IMG/VR virus record: IMGVR_UViG_3300021400_000095
DNA from: a virus
Taxonomy: Duplodnaviria; Caudoviricetes
Strand: one strand, 5' to 3'
Length of the DNA: 64,000 nucleotides
Part shown: one piece after another, positions 49,590 through 57,580 of the stretch
How the letters are laid out: each line of letters begins with the position of its first letter
How positions within the stretch are numbered: the stretch's first letter is position 1
Notes under the pieces: generated by a model
The model's database searches: none
The model's input: the letters and a program-made list of their open reading frames with translations, nothing else
What the model was told of the DNA's origin: nothing
Position numbers and translations under genes: made by a program

Positions 49590-51227
49590 TTAGTCCACTT
49601 TTTTTTTATTGTCAAGAGGTGCACCATGCTTTAACTGATACATCACATCCTTAGTAACAGCATCTACCAAGTCATTAAATGGGGAACTATCACCAATTTG
49701 CTTACCAAATGGTTCTTCACTGTGTGCACTCTCATCATTCCAATCCTCACCATGTTCATTTTTATCTTCACCAGTTGGAGGTAAATCCATAGGTTTCTTT
49801 CTATAACCAGGATGGTCACCAAATACATGTAATTCATCTTCATTTAAGAAAGATTTAACAACTGACTCAACAATGTTATTAAGAACATTCTTCTTTGATT
49901 CAAACATACTGTCATCATCAAAATCATCTTCATCATCAAGTTCATCTTCAACCTCAGCATCAGCAGAAACATCATCACCTTCTACAGCATCATCATCAAC
50001 TGCTGGCTCATCTTCAACTGCTGGTTCTTCATCATCAACTGCTGGTTCATCTTCAACAGCTGGCTCTTCATCAGCATTTATTTGTGCTTTAAGTGCAGCA
50101 AGTTGTGCTTCAAGGTCAGCAATTTTTGCTGCAATATCATCATCAGCAGCAACTTCATCATCAACAGCTGGTTCATCTTCAACTGCTGGTTCTTCATCAG
50201 CAAGTTCATCATCAAGAATTTCATCATCTGCTAATTCATCATCAAGTTCATCTTCCTCATCATCTTCAATATCATAGTCATCATCTGAGAATTCATCAAA
50301 ATCATCCTCATCTTCAGCCTCATCATCTTCCATTAAATGACCATCAGGTGAACCAATACCTGCATCAGAATCAGCTGGAAGACCTTCTGAACCCCATTCT
50401 TTTTCATCTTCTTCATTTACTGATTTATCACCTTCCATATCCCAACCAATTGATTTAGGGTCTTCACCTTTATCAAGACCTTCTGAACCCCAATCACATT
50501 TTCCATCTTCACACTCTTCATTAACTCTAACAACCTTGCCACCAGATGGATGTTCAGCAGCAACTGCTTTACCATCAGATGCAATATCACTATCCTTTAC
50601 ATCCTTACCCTTTTCAGGTGCAGAACCATCACCAAAAGGTTCACTTTGGTTTTCAGGTTTTTCACTATTGAACTTAGGGTCTTTATCAAGAGATGCTTTT
50701 GCTACATTAACAAATGGTTTGTCTTCATCATTTGAACCCTTAGGTGCTTCAGGCACACCTGTATTATTAAATCCAATGGATTCATTCATTAACATAGATG
50801 CATTGTACATGATTTGTCTTTGTCTTGCAATCTCATTTTTCATTGCATCAGTACTTTCAATAACTAAATCTTCCTTTTTGAAAGGGTCAAGTGTTGAAAT
50901 ATTTATTTTACCATCATGTGCTTCATTAATAGAAGCAAGTTTAAGTTCAAGATTTTTAAGTGCATTTGCATAACTGTCATATTGATAGTTTTTCTTATTC
51001 ATAAAACCACCAATATATTCATATGATTCTGCAATATTTTGTTTACCATCAACTGATTGTTTAATATAATAATGGTTACATTCTTTTACAATACCATAAA
51101 ATTTACCATCAGCTGCCTTTTTGGTAAACTCCAATGTATAATTACTTTGCTTGTTACTGTCCTCATTAATAGTTCCATAAGTATAAAGAGCTTTCATTCT
51201 GGCAACAGCATCATTAAAATTACTCAT
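49590..51227 (-). CDS. Highly acidic prohead core/internal protein
   Basis: EEPAVEDEPAVDD repeats, WGSEGL twice, many (I/V/L/M)NE sites; late motif upstream. Confidence 0.65.
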   Translation of the reverse strand: MSNFNDAVARMKALYTYGTINEDSNKQSNYTLEFTKKAADGKFYGIVKECNHYYIKQSVDGKQNIAESYEYIGGFMNKKNYQYDSYANALKNLELKLASINEAHDGKINISTLDPFKKEDLVIESTDAMKNEIARQRQIMYNASMLMNESIGFNNTGVPEAPKGSNDEDKPFVNVAKASLDKDPKFNSEKPENQSEPFGDGSAPEKGKDVKDSDIASDGKAVAAEHPSGGKVVRVNEECEDGKCDWGSEGLDKGEDPKSIGWDMEGDKSVNEEDEKEWGSEGLPADSDAGIGSPDGHLMEDDEAEDEDDFDEFSDDDYDIEDDEEDELDDELADDEILDDELADEEPAVEDEPAVDDEVAADDDIAAKIADLEAQLAALKAQINADEEPAVEDEPAVDDEEPAVEDEPAVDDDAVEGDDVSADAEVEDELDDEDDFDDDSMFESKKNVLNNIVESVVKSFLNEDELHVFGDHPGYRKKPMDLPPTGEDKNEHGEDWNDESAHSEEPFGKQIGDSSPFNDLVDAVTKDVMYQLKHGAPLDNKKKVD

Positions 51228-51295
51228 TTTGTTATGTTTTTAATACTATTATTTCATTATTTTTCTTATAAATATCATTTAAAAAACAAAAAACT

Positions 51296-54200
51296 TTATA
51301 AACTACTTAAAATATCATAAGTTTTTGTTTTTAACTTATATAATTTATCTAAATACTTACCTCTTCTAAGTGATTTGAATATTATGTTAAAATTGTTCAC
51401 CTCTTTACCACCACTTATTTCAAAGCCTTTTTTCCTACTGTTTTTAATTTCATCCCAGAGTTTATTTGCTTTCTTTGAAATTTTTTCAAGTTTATATTCA
51501 TCATTTTTATTTTTCTTATATAGATAAATTAATTTATCAATTTGGTTAACATATTCTGACACTTTATTTTTAATAAATTGTTTGTTTACTTTAGATGTTG
51601 CTAAAACATCTCTATCAGGTTCAACAAGCCAAACATCTCTATCCAATGAATAAACACCACTTGAATCATGCTCTTCATTTATATCTTGTACATAAAGTTC
51701 AACAGGAAAACCAAATATTTTAATATCTTTATGCTCATCATTCCATAAACTTTTCTTTGATAAGAAATAATTTTTTACCAAATTAACATTTTCATCAACA
51801 TCAGAAAAGTCCATTAAAATATGTAAATCAATATCTGAATATTCACCATTCCAATTAAAATTTGCAAGTGAACCTGTCATTATAACATCTTTTGGTTTAA
51901 CCCAATCCACATCAAGAAAATCAATAAAATCATCAGCAATGTCAAGTAATTTCATTCTGATTCTTGAATCAAGATGACCATCTTGCCAAAATTTTGGATT
52001 TAATTTCTTCTTTATATTAAATGATGATAAATCAACCTCATCAGGTGAAACAATTTCTTTTTCAATATTCTCAGAAACACTCTTGTTTCTATATCTTGTG
52101 TCAATTAATTCAATTGCAGATGCAGGAACATTGCCAGTATAACAATAACAACCCTTATATCTCAAATGCCTATCAGGGTCTAAATAAAATTGTGTTCTAT
52201 CTAATTTGGTTGTATCTACTTTATATATATCCATGCTATCAAGATAATAAGTATCTGACCAAGTATAAGGTTGATAAGATAAAAATACCATTTCAGGAAG
52301 TTTTTCATCATCAGGAATCTCACCATTTGGTCCATCATAATTCCACCAATCCTTATATTCATCACCAATGGATGCTAATATTCCATTTTGTAAAATACTA
52401 TTCCTGTTTTTCTTTAATGATGCATGGTATAAAATTTTAGGCACATTTTTCACAGGTCTTAATTTCCACTCTTCACCTTCACCACTCCATTTTGATTCAG
52501 ATATACTATTGCTGATATAATCACATGATTTTTTTCCACCTTGGATAAAGGCTGATGATAAATCACCCCTTTGATGTGCAACATCAAGACATCTGTTAAT
52601 TAATATTAATAAATCTTCAGCACTCATATTAGGTGTATATTCATGTATGTTTTGGAACAATGGATTAAGACCATAATCTGACCAAGCATCTGTACCATCT
52701 GGAAATTTACACCAATCATAGAAACCAATGCTATCAAGATACTTTGAACCTGTTTCATAATCAACAATATTATCAGCATCAAAATAATCAGAAACAATAT
52801 CTGATGGAAAATAACTTGAATGTCCTGCTAAGTTTGTAATATAATAAATGTCAAGTGCATTGGGAATTATAATGTTAGTAAACCAATTATGAACAACACT
52901 ATATGGTATTCTTGCCATTGTTGGGTCATTCATGTATCTTTTTAACAATGTATGATATTGTTCTGCTGGAATTAAATTCCATTTTTTTTGTTTAATGTTA
53001 TTTTCTTTATCATGCATGAATTCAGATAATAAATCAAATTCAGTATGGTCCTCATAAAACTCTTCACAATCAGTGAAACTTTCATTTAATTTACTTTCAT
53101 CTAATGTAAATGGCATTGTTCCAAAATATTTACCACAATCTTTACAAACATAAACTGGTTCACCATGAATTTGCACAACAACTTTTCCCCCACACTTGTC
53201 ACAAGTTTCAGGTACTATTTCTCCTTTATCATTTTTAATTATTTTTTTATTTCTTTTACCTTCATTAAAGGCATATGTGTATTGATATTTTTTTTCAACA
53301 AAGTTACCAGCAATGTCAAGTTCATATTTTTCACCATTTGGGAAAAACACAGTAAAAGTAGTATATTTTTTATTATCAATATACTCTGATGAATCATTTG
53401 GATAAATTTGAAAAACACCTTTTTCTTTTAGCATATCAAATGTACCATTTGTAAACCATCTAAATGGTATTAACATGTCCACAGGCCCATCCCAATAATC
53501 AATAAGAAGATATTTAATATCAATATTTGATTTTACACTAAAAGATGTTATTGCATCCATCATTTTACTTTTGTTATAAACAGGGGTTTTCCAAAAAGAA
53601 ATAACATTTGCACTTGGCCAGTATCTTCCTGTTCTTTCCAAATCAACATATTTGAAGAAATTATCTTCATCAATCTCCTTCAATTCTTCTTCAGATAAAC
53701 CAAGTTCTTCCATCATTTTAATATGTGTTGTTTGACTATCTGCAACATAAAATTTATTGGTTTTAAGATAGTACATAAAACTAACAGCCTCACTGTCTCT
53801 GAAATTTAATTTTAAACTCCAAATACTATCAGGACTTTCATTAATGATATTTTTCATCTTGTTTTTGTTTTCATATATTGAATCACTACTTGGGTTAAAT
53901 GCAAGACTTTTTATTGATTTAAACTGGTTTGGTTCAAGAAAACAATATTCAATTCCACCTTTAGGACCACCCATTCCATCCATACTTGCAATAAAACCAT
54001 CATATCCAAATTCTTTTAATGCATTCCCAAAATTAGTATGTATATGAAATTTTACTAGCTGGTGATTTGGTACTTGTAATAATTTTTTAGTTTCTGCTAT
54101 AAACTTTTTATAATATTCATCCCTTCCATATTCTTTTAGATAATGTTTACCAAACTCATCATATTTAATATGCATTTCAAACATATTATTTAAGTCTTGT

Positions 54201-54787
54201 TCAGTTATATTAAATAAATCAAGTGGATGTCTCACATTAAGAAATCCAGATAAAATAGTACCTTTTCTTGAATAATCAGGTCTAACAGTAAATGAACTAT
54301 TTCCAAAATGTACTGGGACTGAAAATCTTCTTGCCCATTCAATGTCTTGTGTTGTACAAAAAATACCTTGCTCACCAAAATTCATTGAGTGACCAATATA
54401 TTTTTTATCAAAACTATCACCAAAAAATTTAGGACTTCCATGATGTACAACAATAGGAAAACCATTTTTATCAACAATCTTGCTTGAATTTTGTGGGTCA
54501 TTCTGCCAATCACCAAACCAGCCCTTAAAAACATCTGTATATATTATATTATTAATATCAAACATGCTTTCTTGTTCATCATGTTCTTCATTAACATGAT
54601 AGTATGGACTCATTTCATTTTTTTCAGGTGCAAGTTTATACTTGTCATCCTCAACATTTTCACACATCCCACCAACAACAGCATCCATAACACCTGCATT
54701 GACTTTACCACCAACTTGGTCTTGTGCTGCTATTGCTTTCTTTATATGTTTTTTTTGTTTTTCTGTAATGTATATTGTCTTGTTCAT
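51296..54787 (-). CDS. Polyvalent protein: ART-PolyVal-like domain, unknown domains, zinc ribbon, second ART-like domain, Pol-beta-type nucleotidyltransferase
   Basis: FKGWFGDW..SKIVDKNGFPIVVHHGS..GIFCT; CDKC..CKDC; LYHAS..SILQNGI..VFLS; MTGSLANFNW..SDIDLHI..VELYVQD. Confidence 0.7.
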   Translation of the reverse strand: MNKTIYITEKQKKHIKKAIAAQDQVGGKVNAGVMDAVVGGMCENVEDDKYKLAPEKNEMSPYYHVNEEHDEQESMFDINNIIYTDVFKGWFGDWQNDPQNSSKIVDKNGFPIVVHHGSPKFFGDSFDKKYIGHSMNFGEQGIFCTTQDIEWARRFSVPVHFGNSSFTVRPDYSRKGTILSGFLNVRHPLDLFNITEQDLNNMFEMHIKYDEFGKHYLKEYGRDEYYKKFIAETKKLLQVPNHQLVKFHIHTNFGNALKEFGYDGFIASMDGMGGPKGGIEYCFLEPNQFKSIKSLAFNPSSDSIYENKNKMKNIINESPDSIWSLKLNFRDSEAVSFMYYLKTNKFYVADSQTTHIKMMEELGLSEEELKEIDEDNFFKYVDLERTGRYWPSANVISFWKTPVYNKSKMMDAITSFSVKSNIDIKYLLIDYWDGPVDMLIPFRWFTNGTFDMLKEKGVFQIYPNDSSEYIDNKKYTTFTVFFPNGEKYELDIAGNFVEKKYQYTYAFNEGKRNKKIIKNDKGEIVPETCDKCGGKVVVQIHGEPVYVCKDCGKYFGTMPFTLDESKLNESFTDCEEFYEDHTEFDLLSEFMHDKENNIKQKKWNLIPAEQYHTLLKRYMNDPTMARIPYSVVHNWFTNIIIPNALDIYYITNLAGHSSYFPSDIVSDYFDADNIVDYETGSKYLDSIGFYDWCKFPDGTDAWSDYGLNPLFQNIHEYTPNMSAEDLLILINRCLDVAHQRGDLSSAFIQGGKKSCDYISNSISESKWSGEGEEWKLRPVKNVPKILYHASLKKNRNSILQNGILASIGDEYKDWWNYDGPNGEIPDDEKLPEMVFLSYQPYTWSDTYYLDSMDIYKVDTTKLDRTQFYLDPDRHLRYKGCYCYTGNVPASAIELIDTRYRNKSVSENIEKEIVSPDEVDLSSFNIKKKLNPKFWQDGHLDSRIRMKLLDIADDFIDFLDVDWVKPKDVIMTGSLANFNWNGEYSDIDLHILMDFSDVDENVNLVKNYFLSKKSLWNDEHKDIKIFGFPVELYVQDINEEHDSSGVYSLDRDVWLVEPDRDVLATSKVNKQFIKNKVSEYVNQIDKLIYLYKKNKNDEYKLEKISKKANKLWDEIKNSRKKGFEISGGKEVNNFNIIFKSLRRGKYLDKLYKLKTKTYDILSSL

Positions 54788-54825
54788 ATACTAAAAATCT
54801 ACATAATAAATAGTTGAAAGAAAAG

Positions 54826-54857
54826 AAAAAAGCACCACAATTTTTGTGATGCTTTTT
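54826..54857. terminator. Intrinsic terminator
   Basis: aaaaagcaccacaa..ttgtgatgcttttt. Confidence 0.65.
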
Positions 54858-54879
54858 AATTATTTAGAATATTATTTAA

Positions 54880-56508
54880 TTAGTCTTTTACAACTTCATA
54901 AACTTTTACACCATCTTCAACTGATGGAACAACATGGTATCCAGGTGCAACAAAACTTACAGGACCATTTGGTTCACCATAAGATTGTGATGGGTCAAAT
55001 TCATAGAACTTACCACCATAAACATTAATTTTTGCATCACCTGAAGCAAAATCAGCATCATGACAGTTAAGTAAGAACTTAAAGTTACCATTTACATCTC
55101 TATCTTTGTCTCTATCAACATTTAATAATTTAAATGTACCACCATAGACATTAATTGTACCCTTTTCTGCATAGAGAACATGTGTATAGGCTTCAAAATC
55201 ACCACCATTTACATTGAGGACACAATCTTTACCTGCAAGCCAAACACCATAAGACTCTGCATTGTTAATAAATTTACCATCACCATTGATTGTCATATTA
55301 ACAGCATTTCTCATGAAGATACTACCAGATGTTTTGTTACCACATTTTACTTCATGACCATTAAGGTTATAAATATATCTACCACTACCAAGTATACCAA
55401 ATGCAACTGCTTTTGTTGTATCAACATCATCAACAAATGTATAAATACCTGGTGTACTAGTTAATTTTGAGAAGTTATCAACATTAACATCAAGTGTGAA
55501 TGGTCTTACTTCAATATCCTTATTTACAAAATTATTTGTAAAATCAGCAATATCAATACCATATAATTGAACAGCACCCTTAAGTACATTTAATGACTGA
55601 GCAAAGAAGCCTGATTTTAATATTAATGTGTTTTCACTGACAGTTGCAGTTACATCAGTATATTTACCACTCATAGTAACTGTTGCATTTGGTGCATATA
55701 TTGTTGGGCTACCCATAACACTTGTATTGCCATCATTAACTGTTAAATCATCAGTGCCTAAATATTTAACACCTGATTCATCACCAACAAAGTTAACAGC
55801 AACAGTAACAGGTTGCTTAGTGTCTTCAATTGAAATTACACCATATACATCAGCATATTTTGAAAGTGATGCATTAATTGATTTACCAGCCAAATAAATG
55901 TTATTATATTTACCTCTTAAATAAGTACTAGCACCATTAGTTGACTCAATAACAATGTCAACAGGTTCTTCTGATGTATTGTCAATAGTTAAATTTTTTT
56001 CAGATTCATTTCTGATGGTTGCACCATTTTGAACATTTGCTGTTACAGTTGCTGCAACTGTTGCACTTTCTGGAACAGTTAAATTATTAAGTGTACCTTC
56101 AACAACTACTGTTTTTTCACCTGATAAGATTTTATTAACAACATCTTGCTCAATTGCATTTTGTTCTTCAGTGTTTTCAGTTTTTTCAGGTTTTACAATT
56201 TCTTCTTCAGGTTCAGGCTCTGGTTCTGGCTCAGGCTCTGGTTCAGGTTCTGGCTCAGGTTCAGGCTCTGGTTCTGGCTCAGGTTCTGGTTCATCACCAC
56301 CTTCAGATTCACTTTCAGCAATTAACTGTGAACTGATAACTTTCATGGTATCAACACCATTTGCAGTTGGGTCATAAATTGAAACAAGTTCATCTGAAAG
56401 ACCTGTACAGACTTCCTCACCAACAAGTTCCATTGTCTTAGGCATAAGACCTTCAAAATCAACACCTTCAACAAACCCATATTCATTAAAATTGTGATTT
56501 ATTGTCAT
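54880..56508 (-). CDS. Probable virion display protein: anchor domain, (EP)n linker, beta-helix-like passenger
   Basis: N-terminal ~65 aa closely match 56532-56735; about 14 EP repeats; NVNGGDF/NVYGGTF/NVYGGKF repeats. Confidence 0.65.
   Translation of the reverse strand: MTINHNFNEYGFVEGVDFEGLMPKTMELVGEEVCTGLSDELVSIYDPTANGVDTMKVISSQLIAESESEGGDEPEPEPEPEPEPEPEPEPEPEPEPEPEPEEEIVKPEKTENTEEQNAIEQDVVNKILSGEKTVVVEGTLNNLTVPESATVAATVTANVQNGATIRNESEKNLTIDNTSEEPVDIVIESTNGASTYLRGKYNNIYLAGKSINASLSKYADVYGVISIEDTKQPVTVAVNFVGDESGVKYLGTDDLTVNDGNTSVMGSPTIYAPNATVTMSGKYTDVTATVSENTLILKSGFFAQSLNVLKGAVQLYGIDIADFTNNFVNKDIEVRPFTLDVNVDNFSKLTSTPGIYTFVDDVDTTKAVAFGILGSGRYIYNLNGHEVKCGNKTSGSIFMRNAVNMTINGDGKFINNAESYGVWLAGKDCVLNVNGGDFEAYTHVLYAEKGTINVYGGTFKLLNVDRDKDRDVNGNFKFLLNCHDADFASGDAKINVYGGKFYEFDPSQSYGEPNGPVSFVAPGYHVVPSVEDGVKVYEVVKD
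56206..56293 (-). repeat. Coding hexamer repeat for (Glu-Pro)n
   Basis: gaacca/gagcca/gaacct/gagcct array. Confidence 0.9.
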
Positions 56509-56531
56509 AATTATATTTTATTTTTTGTTAC

Positions 56532-56735
56532 TTATTTTTCAGCAATCAATTGTGGGCTAACAACCTTCATGGAATCAACACCATTTGCAGTTGGGTCATA
56601 AACAGATACAAGTTCATCTGAATGTCCTGTACATACATCTTCACCAACAAGTTCCATTACTTTTGGCATAAGACCTTCAAATGCTTTACCTTCTTTGAAA
56701 CCATATCTTTTCATTTCAACATTTACTTTATTCAT
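56532..56735 (-). CDS. Small anchor-only paralog (candidate capsid decoration protein)
   Basis: YGF.EG..FEGLMPK.MELVGE.VCTG.SDELVS.YDPTANGVD.MKV.S.QLIAE shared with the downstream gene. Confidence 0.7.
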   Translation of the reverse strand: MNKVNVEMKRYGFKEGKAFEGLMPKVMELVGEDVCTGHSDELVSVYDPTANGVDSMKVVSPQLIAEK

Positions 56736-56797
56736 ATGTATAATAATTGTATAATTTGTTATTATTTTATAGATAAATAGTTGAATTTTTTGAAAAA

Positions 56798-57517
56798 TTA
56801 AATGGCCATCTTATATCTTCTTAATATATTTTGAGCAGTTCCTGATAATTTTGTATTATCTCTGACAAAAGCAATATCTTCAAATGAATTCTGTGTCATT
56901 GCAGCATCTCTTTCCTCATCAGTTTTAAACCCACCAACAAGATTAATAACTTTTTCATTTTTGTTTCTAGGTGCTTCCAACATATGATAAACAGTAATTC
57001 TTTTTGGGTCTATTTTAAGAACATCCAATAAATAATTTTGTGCCATAATATCAACACCATAATAATCACCAACAACAAATAAACTTTCAGGGTCATTATC
57101 AACAACATCAAGAATCTTTTTTTGATAATACATTTCAAATTCAGCATCTGTTATATCTCTGTGCCCTGAAATAAAATATGTTTTCCATTTTTCATTTGTT
57201 TTTTGGCAAACTTTATCATATTCTTCTCTAAGTTGTTGAATTGACTCATCAGCAACCCTTTCAAATTCATATTTTCCTTTAATTACTTTATTCAGTGTTT
57301 TACCTTGTGAAACATCTGTTCCACCTGCAATTAACAAAACATAATCTTCTAATAAAACTTCTTTATATTTATATGTAGCACCATTTTTAAAGGTTACATA
57401 TAAATCAACACAATTCCTATCATCATATTCAATGGCTTTTGTGTAATAAAACATAGAAGAATCAAACCAAGCCTTCTCAGTTTTTGTTTCTTCATTATAG
57501 ATTTTCTTTAGTAACAT
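56798..57517 (-). CDS. KTSC-domain and SLOG (YspA-like) fusion protein
   Basis: SS..LYVTFKNGATYKY..SQGKTLNKVIKGKY (KTSC); YFISGHRD..VVGD..GVD..RD..M..SGT (SLOG). Confidence 0.65.
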   Translation of the reverse strand: MLLKKIYNEETKTEKAWFDSSMFYYTKAIEYDDRNCVDLYVTFKNGATYKYKEVLLEDYVLLIAGGTDVSQGKTLNKVIKGKYEFERVADESIQQLREEYDKVCQKTNEKWKTYFISGHRDITDAEFEMYYQKKILDVVDNDPESLFVVGDYYGVDIMAQNYLLDVLKIDPKRITVYHMLEAPRNKNEKVINLVGGFKTDEERDAAMTQNSFEDIAFVRDNTKLSGTAQNILRRYKMAI

Positions 57518-57519
57518 AG

Positions 57520-57550
57520 TTGCTTTTTTTACTAAAAATATGTATATTTG
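57520..57550 (+). promoter_or_regulatory. Bacteroidota-type promoter of clpC/B
   Basis: TTG-N20-TATATTTG. Confidence 0.55.
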
Positions 57551-57580
57551 TCAAAAATATCAATATAAAAAAAGAAGAGA

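Noticed and set aside
49980-50210. CRISPR-like array
   Set aside because: The repeats are in-frame coding (EEPAVEDEPAVDD) with no unique spacers; no CRISPR array was seen anywhere in the window.
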